64,000 nucleotides of DNA. Origin: Candidatus Saccharimonadota bacterium (lineage in GTDB: Bacteria; Patescibacteriota; Saccharimonadia; Saccharimonadales; JAXHMH01). Below the pieces are notes generated by a model. The model saw only the letters and a program-made list of their open reading frames with translations, ran no database searches and was not told where the DNA came from. The translations under genes were made by a program, and so were the position numbers. Below, piece by piece: positions 1-8,609 of the stretch; within the stretch, counting starts at the first letter, position 1, and each line of letters begins with the position of its first letter. The stretch covers positions 485 through 64,484 of the forward strand of contig JAXHMH010000004.1 of assembly GCA_034521515.1 (NCBI GenBank), in the 5' to 3' direction.

Positions 1-536
1 CGTTCTCGACGCCGTAGGTCATGCCCCATTCGCTGCGCTGGATGGTGGTCTCGGCGGAGATGCCGATCACGTATGGCGGATCGCTGAACAGGCCACCGCC
101 GAACGGATACTCGCCCATCCGGTTGATGCGGACATCGAGCGTGACCGGACGGGTCTCGCCGAGCAGCGTGAGATCGCCGCGGAGTTCACCGCGATCCTCA
201 CCCTGCGGCTCATAGCCCGTCGCCACGAAACGGATCTCCGGATGCGCATCGGCATCGAGGAAATCGCCGTCGCGGACATGCTTGTCACGTTCCCTGTGGG
301 CACTGAACACACTCTTCGGCCTGCACCGTCACCTCACCCGATTCCAGTTCGCGCGTCTCCGGGTCATAAACGAACCGCCCCTCGGCCTCCTGGAACAACC
401 CCATCACATCAGCGAAGCCGGCATGCTCGACGCTGAACGCGATCGAGAAATGCTCGGGATCGATCACCCATGTGCGGGGTGCGGCGGATACCGCCATTGG
501 CAGCAGCAGTACGGCGGCCAGCGCCGCCGTGCCCAT
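1..536 (-). pseudogene. YceI-family periplasmic protein; reading frame interrupted, 3' end beyond window edge
   Basis: ATG at 536 opens a signal-peptide-like MGTAALAAVLLLPMAVSAAP, followed by WVIDPEHFSIAFSVEHAGFADVMGLF. The frame ends at TGA near 285. The YceI-like sequence continues in the +1 frame as SVFSAHRERDKHVRDGDFLDADAHPEIRF...RSEWGMTYGVEN. An extra G in GCCGAAGAGTGTG at about 295-300 explains the shift. Confidence 0.7.
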
Positions 537-765
537 CCGCAAACCTTCATACCATGCATGGCCATTCTCCTGTCCTGTCAGCGGAGTTCCCACCGCTCCG
601 GTGATCTCGCAGGTCGAGTCCGAACCCGTCATTTCCATCGCATCGTCGGGTGACCTCACCTGCGATTCCGCCACCTTCGACGTTGACCGGTCTCGCACCC
701 TGGCGGACCGCTCTTGCGATAGGCGAATCGTCGTGCGACCTCTGCACGCACGCCGAAGCCGACCG

Positions 766-779
766 TAGGTCGGGCTTCA
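766..779 (+). repeat. REP-like GC-rich palindromic unit (TAGGTCGGGCTTCA inside hairpin GAAGCCGACC-gta-GGTCGGGCTTC)
   Basis: The same 14-mer recurs as its reverse complement at 1948-1961. It sits in a non-coding stretch of the GC-rich segment. Confidence 0.6.
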
Positions 780-925
780 TGCACGATACGAGCTGCATGT
801 TCCATGGAACGCCTGCCAGCAGAACTCCCGTAATCCGTCTTCCGCTGGACCCGGCTCCCGTTGTGGTTCCCTGCAAGCGCGATCATGAACCAAGCATAGA
901 CGGTCGCGCTGAAAGTCCACATCCA

Positions 926-1639
926 TTACGTCGTCGCGACGGACGCACCGCGCAACAGCGTCCGCACGTCCACCGCGAACGAGCCATACAGCAACACCGC
1001 GGCGATCGCGCAGGCCAGCGCCGGCAACGGCGGTCCCACCCAGGGAAACAGCGACCCCGCCAGGGTCGCGACCTGGACCACGCAGATCACCCGCCGTCGC
1101 TGGCTCGGCGGCAGCGGATTACGCAGCGCCGGCAACCACCTGGCGGCCGCGAGAAACGCGTAACGCGGCAACCCCAGAAGCAGAACCCAGACACCGGCCC
1201 GGTCATACGCGAACACGAGGATCGCCAGCACGAGCGCGAGCGCGGCATCCAGTTCCATATCGAAGCGCGCCCCGAAGTCGCTCTCCGTACCGGTCCGACG
1301 AGCGACGGCGCCATCCACGCCATCGAGCACCAGCGCGGCCAGCGCGAGCGCGAACGGCCAGGCCGTGCCGGTTGCGGTATCGCCCGCCAGAACAATCGCA
1401 CCGAAACCGACCAGCAAGGCGAGCAATCCGCCCCGCAGCAGCGTCACGCGATTCGCGGCACCCAGGCCGCCGCGCATATCCAACCGCCACCAGGCGATCC
1501 CGACCACCGCCACCAGCACGACCATCGCGACACCGGCCGCCCCGACGAACAGAAACGGCAGCGCCACAACCGGCGCCAGCAACGCCGCGGCCAGCAGCGT
1601 CAGACCCGTGGCCACGACGAGCTCCGACGTCGCCGTCAT
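926..1639 (-). CDS. CDP-alcohol phosphatidyltransferase family protein
   Basis: Signature DGVDGAVARRTGTESDFGARFDMELD matches DGx2ARx8Gx3Dx3D, and the protein is multi-pass hydrophobic. I start it at the internal ATG at 1639 (MTATSELVV...). The ORF-track N-terminal extension to 1837 is Arg/Pro-rich and runs into the REP-like region. Confidence 0.85.
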   Translation of the reverse strand: MTATSELVVATGLTLLAAALLAPVVALPFLFVGAAGVAMVVLVAVVGIAWWRLDMRGGLGAANRVTLLRGGLLALLVGFGAIVLAGDTATGTAWPFALALAALVLDGVDGAVARRTGTESDFGARFDMELDAALALVLAILVFAYDRAGVWVLLLGLPRYAFLAAARWLPALRNPLPPSQRRRVICVVQVATLAGSLFPWVGPPLPALACAIAAVLLYGSFAVDVRTLLRGASVATT

Positions 1640-1851
1640 GCCGACCGATGCTCCGAACTCATGCGCACCCCCTCTGTTAATACCCATACCTTCGCTCCAT
1701 CGATTCCCGAAGCACCCCCATACACCGTAGGCGCGTCTTCGCCGCAAGGCGAATGCGCGCGGTCTAGCCCGGCACATCCCGCGACCCTCGAGCCCGGATG
1801 GAGCCGAAGGCGGAATCCGGGAAGGCGGTGGATGCATGACGACCGGGACTG

Positions 1852-2012
1852 CCCCGGATTCCGCTGCGCTGCATCCGGGCTACGAAGAGCCGGCAGGCGT
1901 TCGGCCCGGGACAAGCACTCCGGTAACGGACGCCTCGTCCGTCGGGCTGAAGCCCGACCTACGGCCTCAATCCCGTACCCGTAGCCCGGATGCAGCGTAG
2001 CGGAATCCGGGG
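1852..2012. repeat. Long inverted repeat / REP- or MITE-like element
   Basis: Arm 1852-1883 (CCCCGGATTCCGCTGCGCTGCATCCGGGCTAC) is the reverse complement of arm 1981-2012 with 1 mismatch. The 97-nt centre contains the second copy of the TAGGTCGGGCTTCA unit at 1948-1961. The element is intergenic between divergent genes. Confidence 0.75.
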
Positions 2013-2086
2013 ATACGCAATGATCGGGACAGCGTCGCACACGCACGCTATCCTGCGGCATTGCCGCTGATCTGCTGGAGACGCCG

Positions 2087-3128
2087 TTGTCGGATTCGCA
2101 TGCGCGGGCGTTCTGGACGCTGGCGCCGGGACGGGGGGCGATCGAGGACGAGACGTTGCCGGTGCCCGGCGCCGACGAGGTCCTGGTCGAGACTCTGTAT
2201 TCCGGCATCAGCCGTGGCAGCGAGGCGCTCGTCTTCAACGGCCACGTCCCGCCCAGCCAATACGAGACCATGCGCGCACCGTTCCAGGCGGGCGACTTCC
2301 CCGGCCCCGTGAAATACGGCTACGCCAGCGTCGGCCGCATCGAGGCGGGCCCGGAGGCACGCATCGGCGAGACGGTATTCTGCCTGCATCCGCACCAGGA
2401 CCGCTTCATCGTCCCGGCGGCCGCCGCCCTGCCCGTCCCCGCCGATGTGCCGGCCGCCCGCGCCGTGCTGGCGGCCAACATGGAGACCGCGATCAACGCG
2501 ACCTGGGATGCGCCGCCGCGCAGCGGCGACCGGATCGCCGTCTTCGGCGCCGGCGTGGTCGGCTGCCTGATCGCGTACCTCGCCGCGCGCACCGCCGGCA
2601 CCCGGGTGACGCTGGTCGATCCCGACTCCGACCGCGCCGGACTCGCCGCATCGCTGGGCGCCGCCTGGTGCGCGCCCGGCGAGGTCGACACGGCCGATCA
2701 CGACCTCGTGTTCGAGGCCAGCGGCGCCCCGGACGCGCTGCGCGAGGCGCTGGCCGTCGCCGGTCATGAGGCCACCATCGCCGTCGTCTCCTGGTTCGGC
2801 GACCGCGACGTGCCGCTGCCGCTCGGCGCGGCGTTCCACTCGCGCCGGCTGACGCTGCGCTCGACCCAGGTCGGCGGCGTCGCCCCCGAACGCGCCGCCC
2901 GCTGGCCACACGCGCGCCGGCTGGCACTGGCGCTGGAACTGCTCGCCGGCCCCGTGCTCGACAAGCTGATCAGCGAGCCAGTCCGATTTCGACGATCTGC
3001 CCGCAACCCTCACCCGCCTGGCGAACGAACCGTCGGGCGTGCTCTGCCATCGCGTTCGCTATCCCGCGGCCGAGCAATACGAACTGGAGCCTGCATGTAC
3101 AGCGTCAACGTCCGTGACCATTTCATGA
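2087..3128 (+). pseudogene. Zinc-binding (MDR-type) alcohol dehydrogenase family protein; frame interrupted near 2988
   Basis: TTG start. Matches include EVLVETLYSGISRGSE and the Rossmann motif VFGAGVVGCL. After ...DKLISEPVRF the ORF-track frame turns Arg/Ser-rich. Shifting one nucleotide gives DDLPATLTRLANEPSGVLCHRVRYP, which runs to TGA at 3126-3128. The exact 3' end is uncertain. Confidence 0.7.
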
Positions 3129-3458
3129 TCGCGCACAGCTTCCATGGCGAGACCTTCGGCCCCGCCCAGGCGCGCCACGGCGCGACCTACGTCGTCGATG
3201 CCACCTTCTTCCGCTCGCGCCTCGACGACGACGGCATCGTCGTCGACATCGCCCGCGCGAGCGAGACGCTCAAGACCATCCTCGGCGAATTCAATCTGCG
3301 CGATCTGGACGAGGAACCCGCCTTCGCCGGCCACAACACCGCCACCGGAGTTCCTCGCCGGCGCCATCCACGAACGCCTCGCCGCGCGCATCGCCGCCGG
3401 CGATCTCGGCCCGGGCGGACCCGCGCTCGAACACCTGCGGGTAACCCTGCACCCATAA
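3095..3458 (+). pseudogene. 6-pyruvoyl-tetrahydropterin synthase / QueD-like protein; frame interrupted near 3345-3350
   Basis: ATG at 3095 gives MYSVNVRDHFMIAHSFHGETFGPAQARHGATYVVDATF...EEPAFAGHNTAT. The sequence then continues in the frame of ORF 3144..3458 as EFLAGAIHERLAARIAAGDLG...HLRVTLHP. This is consistent with one extra G in ACCGCCACCGGAGTTC. Confidence 0.7.
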
Positions 3459-3506
3459 AAGCAAAACGGCGTTTCGCCGTAAGTTAGATGCGTCAGACTT
3501 AAGTGT
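3459..3506. other. Compositional junction between the GC-rich segment and the moderate-GC segment
   Basis: The last GC-rich hairpin is ACGGCG-ttt-CGCCGT at 3466-3480. From 3481 the sequence is AT-rich, and a low-GC gene starts at 3507. Confidence 0.8.
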
Positions 3507-4621
3507 ATGGGCAAACTAAAAAACGTTTTACTAGTGCTGGGGTTAGTGATATTACGTAGCAGGTATTGGCTGGTATTTTTCTAGGAGCGGCTACGGCAGC
3601 AATTTTTTAGTCCGTCAGATTCGGCGACAACAGAAGGCGTGAGTGAAGTTTCAGACATAAGACAGCAATCAGAGATTGAAAGTGATAGCGACTAGCCTAA
3701 GATGTTCCCGGGAGTTTAATTACCTAGCGGCGACTTATAACTGGTGATGAGCGTAGCGGGAACCTGGTGAGGATAGGTCAAGGCGAGCAGAGGTAAATAA
3801 AATCCACGGTGCTCACCGTGGTGAGGGCGGTCTTTTAGGTATGGCGCTGCACCCAGCAAAATCTTTGAGGGCAACCAGCAAATTTATTTGTACATGACAA
3901 CCGAGACAGCAGGTGGTTTGACCAACCGAGTTGAACGGTATAAATATAACGAGAACGGATTGAGTGAACGTACTAGTATCCTAGAAGGTATCCCTGGCGC
4001 CTCTTATCACGATGGCGGGACGATCTGCTTTCTGGCTGGATGGATACCTGTATATAACCACTGGCGATGCTGGCGATACGGCACTTGCGCAAAGTACAAG
4101 CTCGCTGGCAGGCAAAATACTACGGGTCGATGAAAACGGCGAGATACCTGATGACAACCCGTTCCGGTAATGCCTGCGCAGAGGCCAGCCGGTCACCGTA
4201 ACCCTCAGGCATTGCCTGGGATGATCAGGGAAGGATGTGGTCAAGCGTACACCGCCGGTTGTAAGATTGTCCGGTATGGACGAGCTTAACCGATCGAGCG
4301 TGGAGTTAACTATGGTTGGCCGGGCGATCAGGGCGATGAAACGCGTGAAAGGATGCAAGCTCCTGGCGATCCATCCAGATCGGACGCGACGTAGCTCTCG
4401 CCGACATATTGGGATGCCGATTTTTTGGCGGACTATGCGGGTGACGCTTTATGAAGCGAGGTCTTGGCGAGGGTGAATCTGTTGATTTGCAGGCTCATTG
4501 TGGATGAATACGGCAGGATACGAGCGGTGACTGTCATCGATAACGACCAGCTCTACATCACCACATTCAACACTGACGGTCGGCGTTGAAATGGTCGGGT
4601 GATGAGAAGTCAGACGCATAA
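3507..4621 (+). pseudogene. PQQ-dependent sugar (glucose/sorbosone) dehydrogenase-like gene with many frameshifts
   Basis: Family-typical segments are spread over all three + frames: MGKLKNVLLVLGLVIL / VAGIGWYF; LVRIGQG; GEGGLLGMALHP; YMTTETAGGLTNRVERYKYNENGLSERTSILEGIPGASYHDGG; YLYITTGDAGDTALAQSTSSLAGKILRVDENGEIPDDNPF; DELNR..NYGWP-like; GRIRAVTVIDNDQLYITTFNTDGR. I estimate 8 or more frame changes. Confidence 0.75.
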
Positions 4622-4697
4622 GCGGCGGCGTGTTTTTTACTGAACGACGAGAAGGTCTTTATTAGCAGCAGCATAAGAGTTATAATTGCGGCACGTA

Positions 4698-5242
4698 ATG
4701 TCAAATAAACAAAATCAAGTGAATTGGCTGCAAGCCAGTGTCGTCGGAATCTGCCGGGCGAGTGCATTTTGCGTTTATCGCGATCTTGGCGGCGCAAATC
4801 GTGGGTCATGATGCTTGGGTCAGTACCGGATATGGTGTTACACCGCTGGCAGAGCGGCTCGCTCGGACTTTTTGTGCGGTAACAGTGGTGTGGTATTTAG
4901 CAAAAGTGCTAAAAAAGCGCAGCGTAGCTTTGTATAACGGTAGTTCCGCGCTCATTATGGCTGATCTCCTGTCGTATTGTTTTATGTATATTTTCAGCGC
5001 GGGATGGCCAGTCGGGCAGTTGTCTGTATTTGATACCAATTATTGTGTCAATGCTACTGCTTAGTAGATCGGCAATATTTGCCACCGCTGCATTAGCGGT
5101 CGCTGCCTATGTCACAACTGCAGTGGCCTATTTTGTCATGAATTTTAACGGAGGGCTACAAAAAGGTAGAGCTATACGGCGAAGTCGGCTTTTATGCGGC
5201 TTTGTTTTTAATTGTCGCTTCACTACTATGGGTAATTATTAG
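4698..5242 (+). pseudogene. Hypothetical multi-pass membrane protein, frame-disrupted
   Basis: ATG at 4698 lies downstream of TATAAT at 4681-4686. Hydrophobic segments continue across ORFs 4738..5064 and 5030..5242 and a third frame. There is no recognisable family. Confidence 0.4.
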
Positions 5243-5251
5243 GCCAAAAAG

Positions 5252-5643
5252 ATGATTGATATTAGCGACGAAGCGTTTGAAAAGATGGTCACGGATGCTA
5301 TTGATGATATTCCGGAGCATCACCGGGAACTTTATCAAGAATGTTGGCTTTGTGGTTGAGGACGAACCGTCACCTGAGCAACGCGAGCGGCTGCATCTTC
5401 ATCACGGTGTCACGTTATTTGGGCTATACGAAGGAGTGCCGTTGACACAGCGCAACAATAACTACAGCGGCGTACTGCCAGAATAAAATAACGATATTTA
5501 AACGACCCATGCAACACCCAGGCGTGGACATACGAGGAATTCAGAAAAACCGTAAAGACACTGTTTGGCACGAGGTGGCGCACTACTTTGGCTTGGATCA
5601 CGACAGGATTTATCGATTAGAAGGTAAAGACAGAAAACATTAG
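5252..5643 (+). pseudogene. Small zincin-like metallopeptidase (DUF1025-type), two frameshifts
   Basis: Frame 1 gives MIDISDEAFEKMVTDAIDDIPE. Frame 2 gives NFIKNVGFVVEDEPSPEQRERL...LFGLYEGVPLTQRNNNYSGVLP. Frame 3 gives KITIFKRPMQHPG...TVWHEVAHYFGLDHDRIYRLEG, which carries the HExxH motif, and ends at TAG 5641-5643. Confidence 0.75.
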
Positions 5644-5717
5644 TCTGTGCCGGTGTTTGTTCTAGTCAGAGAAAACGCGCTAAAATGCTTGCTGATTACA
5701 CAAAATAAATAATAAAC

Positions 5718-6447
5718 ATGACAAAAAATCACTATATTCGGTTTAGGCCAGGGGCAGACACTACAGCTTTTCATGGCGATGATTCTGTTTGTGGCCTCGG
5801 CTGCGGTGGCGTAGTGGCGGTAATTTGCCGTTGTGGGAAGAAGCCGCCTTTTGGACATTCTATAATCTGCCGAATTTTGTCGAGCCCTACTTGCTGGCAA
5901 TCGCCCAACTGGGGAAGATTTCTGCATCATCCGGAGCTCTGGCAATTTTTTACGCCGTATATCGGCGCTATGGGGAATATTATTGAAGCTCCTATTAAGC
6001 GGCTGTTTGGCTTATGTGGCGTCGGGTGTAGCAGAAGATTTATCGGGGCGTGGACGGCGGCCTGTGAATTCTTCAGCGATTTAGTGGTGCGTGACTATAT
6101 AGTGCGTGGCTTGGGCTTTCCTTCCTTTGGGCATGCGGCGTTAGCAACGGCTACTAGCCGTCACTTTTATCGACCGTGCTGCCGCGAAAGCACGAATGGT
6201 GGGTTACTGACTGGTGTTAATCGGTGGCGTAAGTATCTCTCGTGTATTTTTAGGCGTTCACTTACCGATGGACGTGGTTGGCGGTATTGCTGTGGGCTGG
6301 GCTTGTGGCGAGGTGTTTAAATATGTGGATATTGTTGATAAGACCAAGCATCCAAAACCAGGGATAACCGACAAGTTAAGGAAGAAAAAAGGCAAGGCTA
6401 AAAAGAGCTCAAAACGTAAGCAAAAAGGCTTGAAGGCTAAAAAATAA
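5718..6447 (+). pseudogene. PAP2-family phosphatase, frame-disrupted, with Lys-rich tail
   Basis: PAP2 motifs are split across frames: GRGRRP (KxxxxxxRP-like), GFPSFGHAALATA (PSGH) and SRVFLGVHLPMDVVGGIAVG (SRxxxxxHxxxD). The C-terminus is KKKGKAKKSSKRKQKGLKAKK. Confidence 0.7.
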
Positions 6448-6484
6448 GGGCGTATTATATGGGTGGAAGTGTGAGGCTTCCATT

Positions 6485-6508
6485 GACCCTAGGCGCACGC
6501 CTGGGGTC
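6485..6508. terminator. GC-rich hairpin between convergent genes
   Basis: GACCCTAGGC-gcac-GCCTGGGGTC forms a 10-bp stem including one U-G pair. The flanks are A/T-rich but there is no clean U-tract. Confidence 0.4.
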
Positions 6509-6517
6509 TAAAAATTT

Positions 6518-6540
6518 GAGAGGAGGTGATTCCTCCTCTC
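6518..6540. terminator. Perfect 9-bp hairpin between convergent genes
   Basis: GAGAGGAGG-tgatt-CCTCCTCTC. On the minus strand it is followed by AAATTTTTA. Confidence 0.45.
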
Positions 6541-6552
6541 AACGCGCAGGGA

Positions 6553-6825
6553 AAATGAAGTACATTTTCTCTGGCTGCTCTCCTCCCAATATGGACATAC
6601 TTTCAGCGAAGTAAATCCGCATGAAAGATGGATTTGATAATGAGTACGGCTCTGTTGTTGCTCGCAAAGAAATCCGCTTATACACCCAAGCGCAAACGCC
6701 AAAACTCCGAGTTACGCTCACATACGGAGCCAAAAACCGCAGACCACACGTCGTTAATGAGTAAATTTTCTCTTGCTGCTCTCCCTCGAACTTAACATGC
6801 ATTTAGCGAAATAAACTCGCAAAAA
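6553..6825. repeat. Two roughly 70-nt imperfect direct repeats about 199 nt apart
   Basis: Copy 6553-6625 is aatgaagtacattttctctggctgctctcctccc...cagcgaagtaaatccgcatgaaag. Copy 6752-6825 is aatgagtaaattttctcttgctgctctccctcg...tagcgaaataaactcgcaaaaagc. Identity is about 70% by eye. Confidence 0.6.
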
Positions 6826-6863
6826 GCATAAATTAATTAATCCGAGTAATAACTTTGCCTAAT

Positions 6864-7277
6864 TTACTGGCAGGAGTGGCAGAGGCCGCGGATTTCTAGT
6901 TGGTGATCGGTTGCTTTAAAGCCTCTTGTAGTGCCGAGTCTATCAAGGTTTGCCTCTAGGGCTTCGTCTTCTGGCAGTGCTGTAATGCTACCGCATTTTA
7001 GACAAGTTAAGTGATGATGATGGTGATGGAACTTGTCGGTCAACTCCAACTTGGAGTGCCATCCGAGTTGTAGCCGGGTGATTATGCCAAGACGTTCAAA
7101 AACACGAATATTGCGATACACAGTTGCCTGATCTTGTCGAGGTAGAAGCTTGATAAGGTCACGTATAGTCAGTGCATTATGCTTCTGCATGATAAAAAAT
7201 AATCGCATACGCTGCTTGGTTACGAAGTGACCGTGACTCTTGAGAGTCTTTTTGAATGACAAGAATTCCTGATTCAT
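6864..7277 (-). CDS. Fur-family metalloregulator (Zur-like)
   Basis: The protein has a winged-helix N-terminal domain, an internal HHHHHH run, and CLKCG plus CHSC Cys pairs. It lies divergent from a ZIP metal transporter. Confidence 0.85.
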   Translation of the reverse strand: MNQEFLSFKKTLKSHGHFVTKQRMRLFFIMQKHNALTIRDLIKLLPRQDQATVYRNIRVFERLGIITRLQLGWHSKLELTDKFHHHHHHLTCLKCGSITALPEDEALEANLDRLGTTRGFKATDHQLEIRGLCHSCQ

Positions 7278-7284
7278 ATAGGCG

Positions 7285-7290
7285 ATTTTA
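7285..7290 (-). promoter_or_regulatory. -10 box TAAAAT, 7 nt upstream of the Fur/Zur ATG (leaderless-type)
   Basis: The minus strand reads gtcgTAAAATcgcctatATG. Confidence 0.45.
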
Positions 7291-7297
7291 CGACAAA

Positions 7298-7314
7298 TTG
7301 CGAATTATTTGCAA
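7298..7314. promoter_or_regulatory. Candidate Fur/Zur operator palindrome
   Basis: TTGCGAAT-T-ATTTGCAA matches 7 of 8 positions per half-site. It contains the perfect palindrome ATTTGCAAAT and is flanked by the inverted pair TTTACGAC / GTCGTAAA. It lies in the divergent Fur/ZIP intergenic region. Confidence 0.5.
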
Positions 7315-7394
7315 ATCATATGTAAGCGGTCGTAAACTAGGGCCAGTACATAAGCAAATAAATTATTATTACAAACATATAGATTGGACTATTC

Positions 7395-8576
7395 ATGGCG
7401 ACATATTGGCACATTATATTTTTCTCATTAATCGGCGGGATTTTCTCATTAATCGGCGGTATATTACTGCTGAAAAGTAAAAAATCTGCAGATAAGTTAG
7501 CGTTTTATGCCACACCATTTGCGGCCGGAGCTTTGTTGGCTGCGGTGTTCCTAGATTTATTAAAAGAAGGTATACACGAAGGCGAAGGCGATACAGTAAT
7601 GCTCGCCGCTTTATCCGGCGTATTATTATTTTTCCTTGCTGAGCGGTTTTTGCGCTGGTTTCATCACCACCACTCTCATGAGGAGGAAGAAACTGCCAAT
7701 AAATCTCTGATTATTGTTGGGGATACAATGCATAATGCACTTGATGGCGTAGCTATTACGGCTGGATTTTTGATAAGCGTCCCGACTGGTATTGTGACGA
7801 CTATTGCAGTTGCGGCACACGAAATACCTCAAGAAATTGGCGACTTCGGCTTATTGCTTAAGAAAGGTATGCGCCGCCGCAACGTGCTCATTGTCAATGT
7901 TTTAAGTGCGCTGGCTACCACCGCGGCTGCAGTACTCACCTTCGCACTTGGCAGCGAAGAAGTGCTACCGATTGGTATATTGCTGGGGTTAAGCGCTGGG
8001 TTCTTGCTCTACATTGCGACCAGTGACATTATTCCGTCAATTCACGCACATGCCGCTAAGAAAAAACTACTTGATGTACAACCACTCCTGTTGCTTTTTG
8101 GGGTGTTGGTCGTCGGACTCATCATCAACATTGCGCATGATTACATTGACGCTGGACATGATCATGGTCATGAGGAAGAGAGTTCTACTACGCACATGGA
8201 GCAGAGTCACGGTGAGGCAATTGAAATTGCTGATGAATCCCTCGTACCTACGCTAGAACTAGAGCTACTAGATGACAACAAGCAAGGATACAACCTTCAT
8301 ATTGAAACGACCAACTTTACTTTTAGTGGCGAGCATGTAGGCGAAGAGCCGGAAATTGGCGAAGGTCACGCACACATTTACGTCAATGGAGAAAAGATTA
8401 GTCGCATCTACACCGATGTAGTGCATCTACCTGACGTACATGAAGGCGATAAAGTCCGTGTCACGCTTAATGCTCATGATCACAGCGAGTTTGCGCATGA
8501 CGGCGAAATAATTTCCGCAACGACCACAGCCGGTGATGATCACTCTCATGACGCGGAAGACGACCACGGACATTAG
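7395..8576 (+). CDS. ZIP (ZupT/GufA-like) metal transporter fused to a C-terminal His/Asp/Glu-rich soluble domain
   Basis: ZIP signature HEIPQEIGDFGLLLKKG, multiple TM segments and a loop HHHHSHEEEE. The last roughly 140 aa are non-hydrophobic and include GHDHGHEEE, EGHAHIYVNGEK and DDHSHDAEDDHGH. Confidence 0.85.
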   Translation: MATYWHIIFFSLIGGIFSLIGGILLLKSKKSADKLAFYATPFAAGALLAAVFLDLLKEGIHEGEGDTVMLAALSGVLLFFLAERFLRWFHHHHSHEEEETANKSLIIVGDTMHNALDGVAITAGFLISVPTGIVTTIAVAAHEIPQEIGDFGLLLKKGMRRRNVLIVNVLSALATTAAAVLTFALGSEEVLPIGILLGLSAGFLLYIATSDIIPSIHAHAAKKKLLDVQPLLLLFGVLVVGLIINIAHDYIDAGHDHGHEEESSTTHMEQSHGEAIEIADESLVPTLELELLDDNKQGYNLHIETTNFTFSGEHVGEEPEIGEGHAHIYVNGEKISRIYTDVVHLPDVHEGDKVRVTLNAHDHSEFAHDGEIISATTTAGDDHSHDAEDDHGH

Positions 8577-8597
8577 CATGAGCGGCGTTGGTTGCGT

Positions 8598-8603
8598 TAC
8601 AAT
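8598..8603 (+). promoter_or_regulatory. -10 box TACAAT, 6 nt upstream of the rmuC ATG (leaderless-type)
   Basis: ttgcgtTACAATgtaagtATG. Confidence 0.45.
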
Positions 8604-8609
8604 GTAAGT

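Noticed and set aside
650-1984. 444-aa + strand ORF, the longest ORF in the GC-rich segment.
   Set aside because: The composition is Arg/Pro/Gln/His-rich and low-complexity. It lies antisense to a well-supported CDP-alcohol phosphatidyltransferase gene and runs through REP-like repeats. This is a typical stop-codon-poor shadow ORF of GC-rich DNA.
2048-3013. 321-aa and 144-aa minus-strand ORFs (2048..3013 and 2493..2927), plus other ORFs overlapping the dehydrogenase gene.
   Set aside because: These are Arg/Ala/Gly-rich shadow frames opposite a gene with clear MDR dehydrogenase motifs. They have no motifs of their own.
6508-6802. Minus-strand ORFs of 64 and 87 aa in the PAP2/Fur spacer.
   Set aside because: They have no SD or promoter context and no recognisable family. 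They merely span the diverged direct repeats and hairpins, and the repeats are not in a consistent frame.
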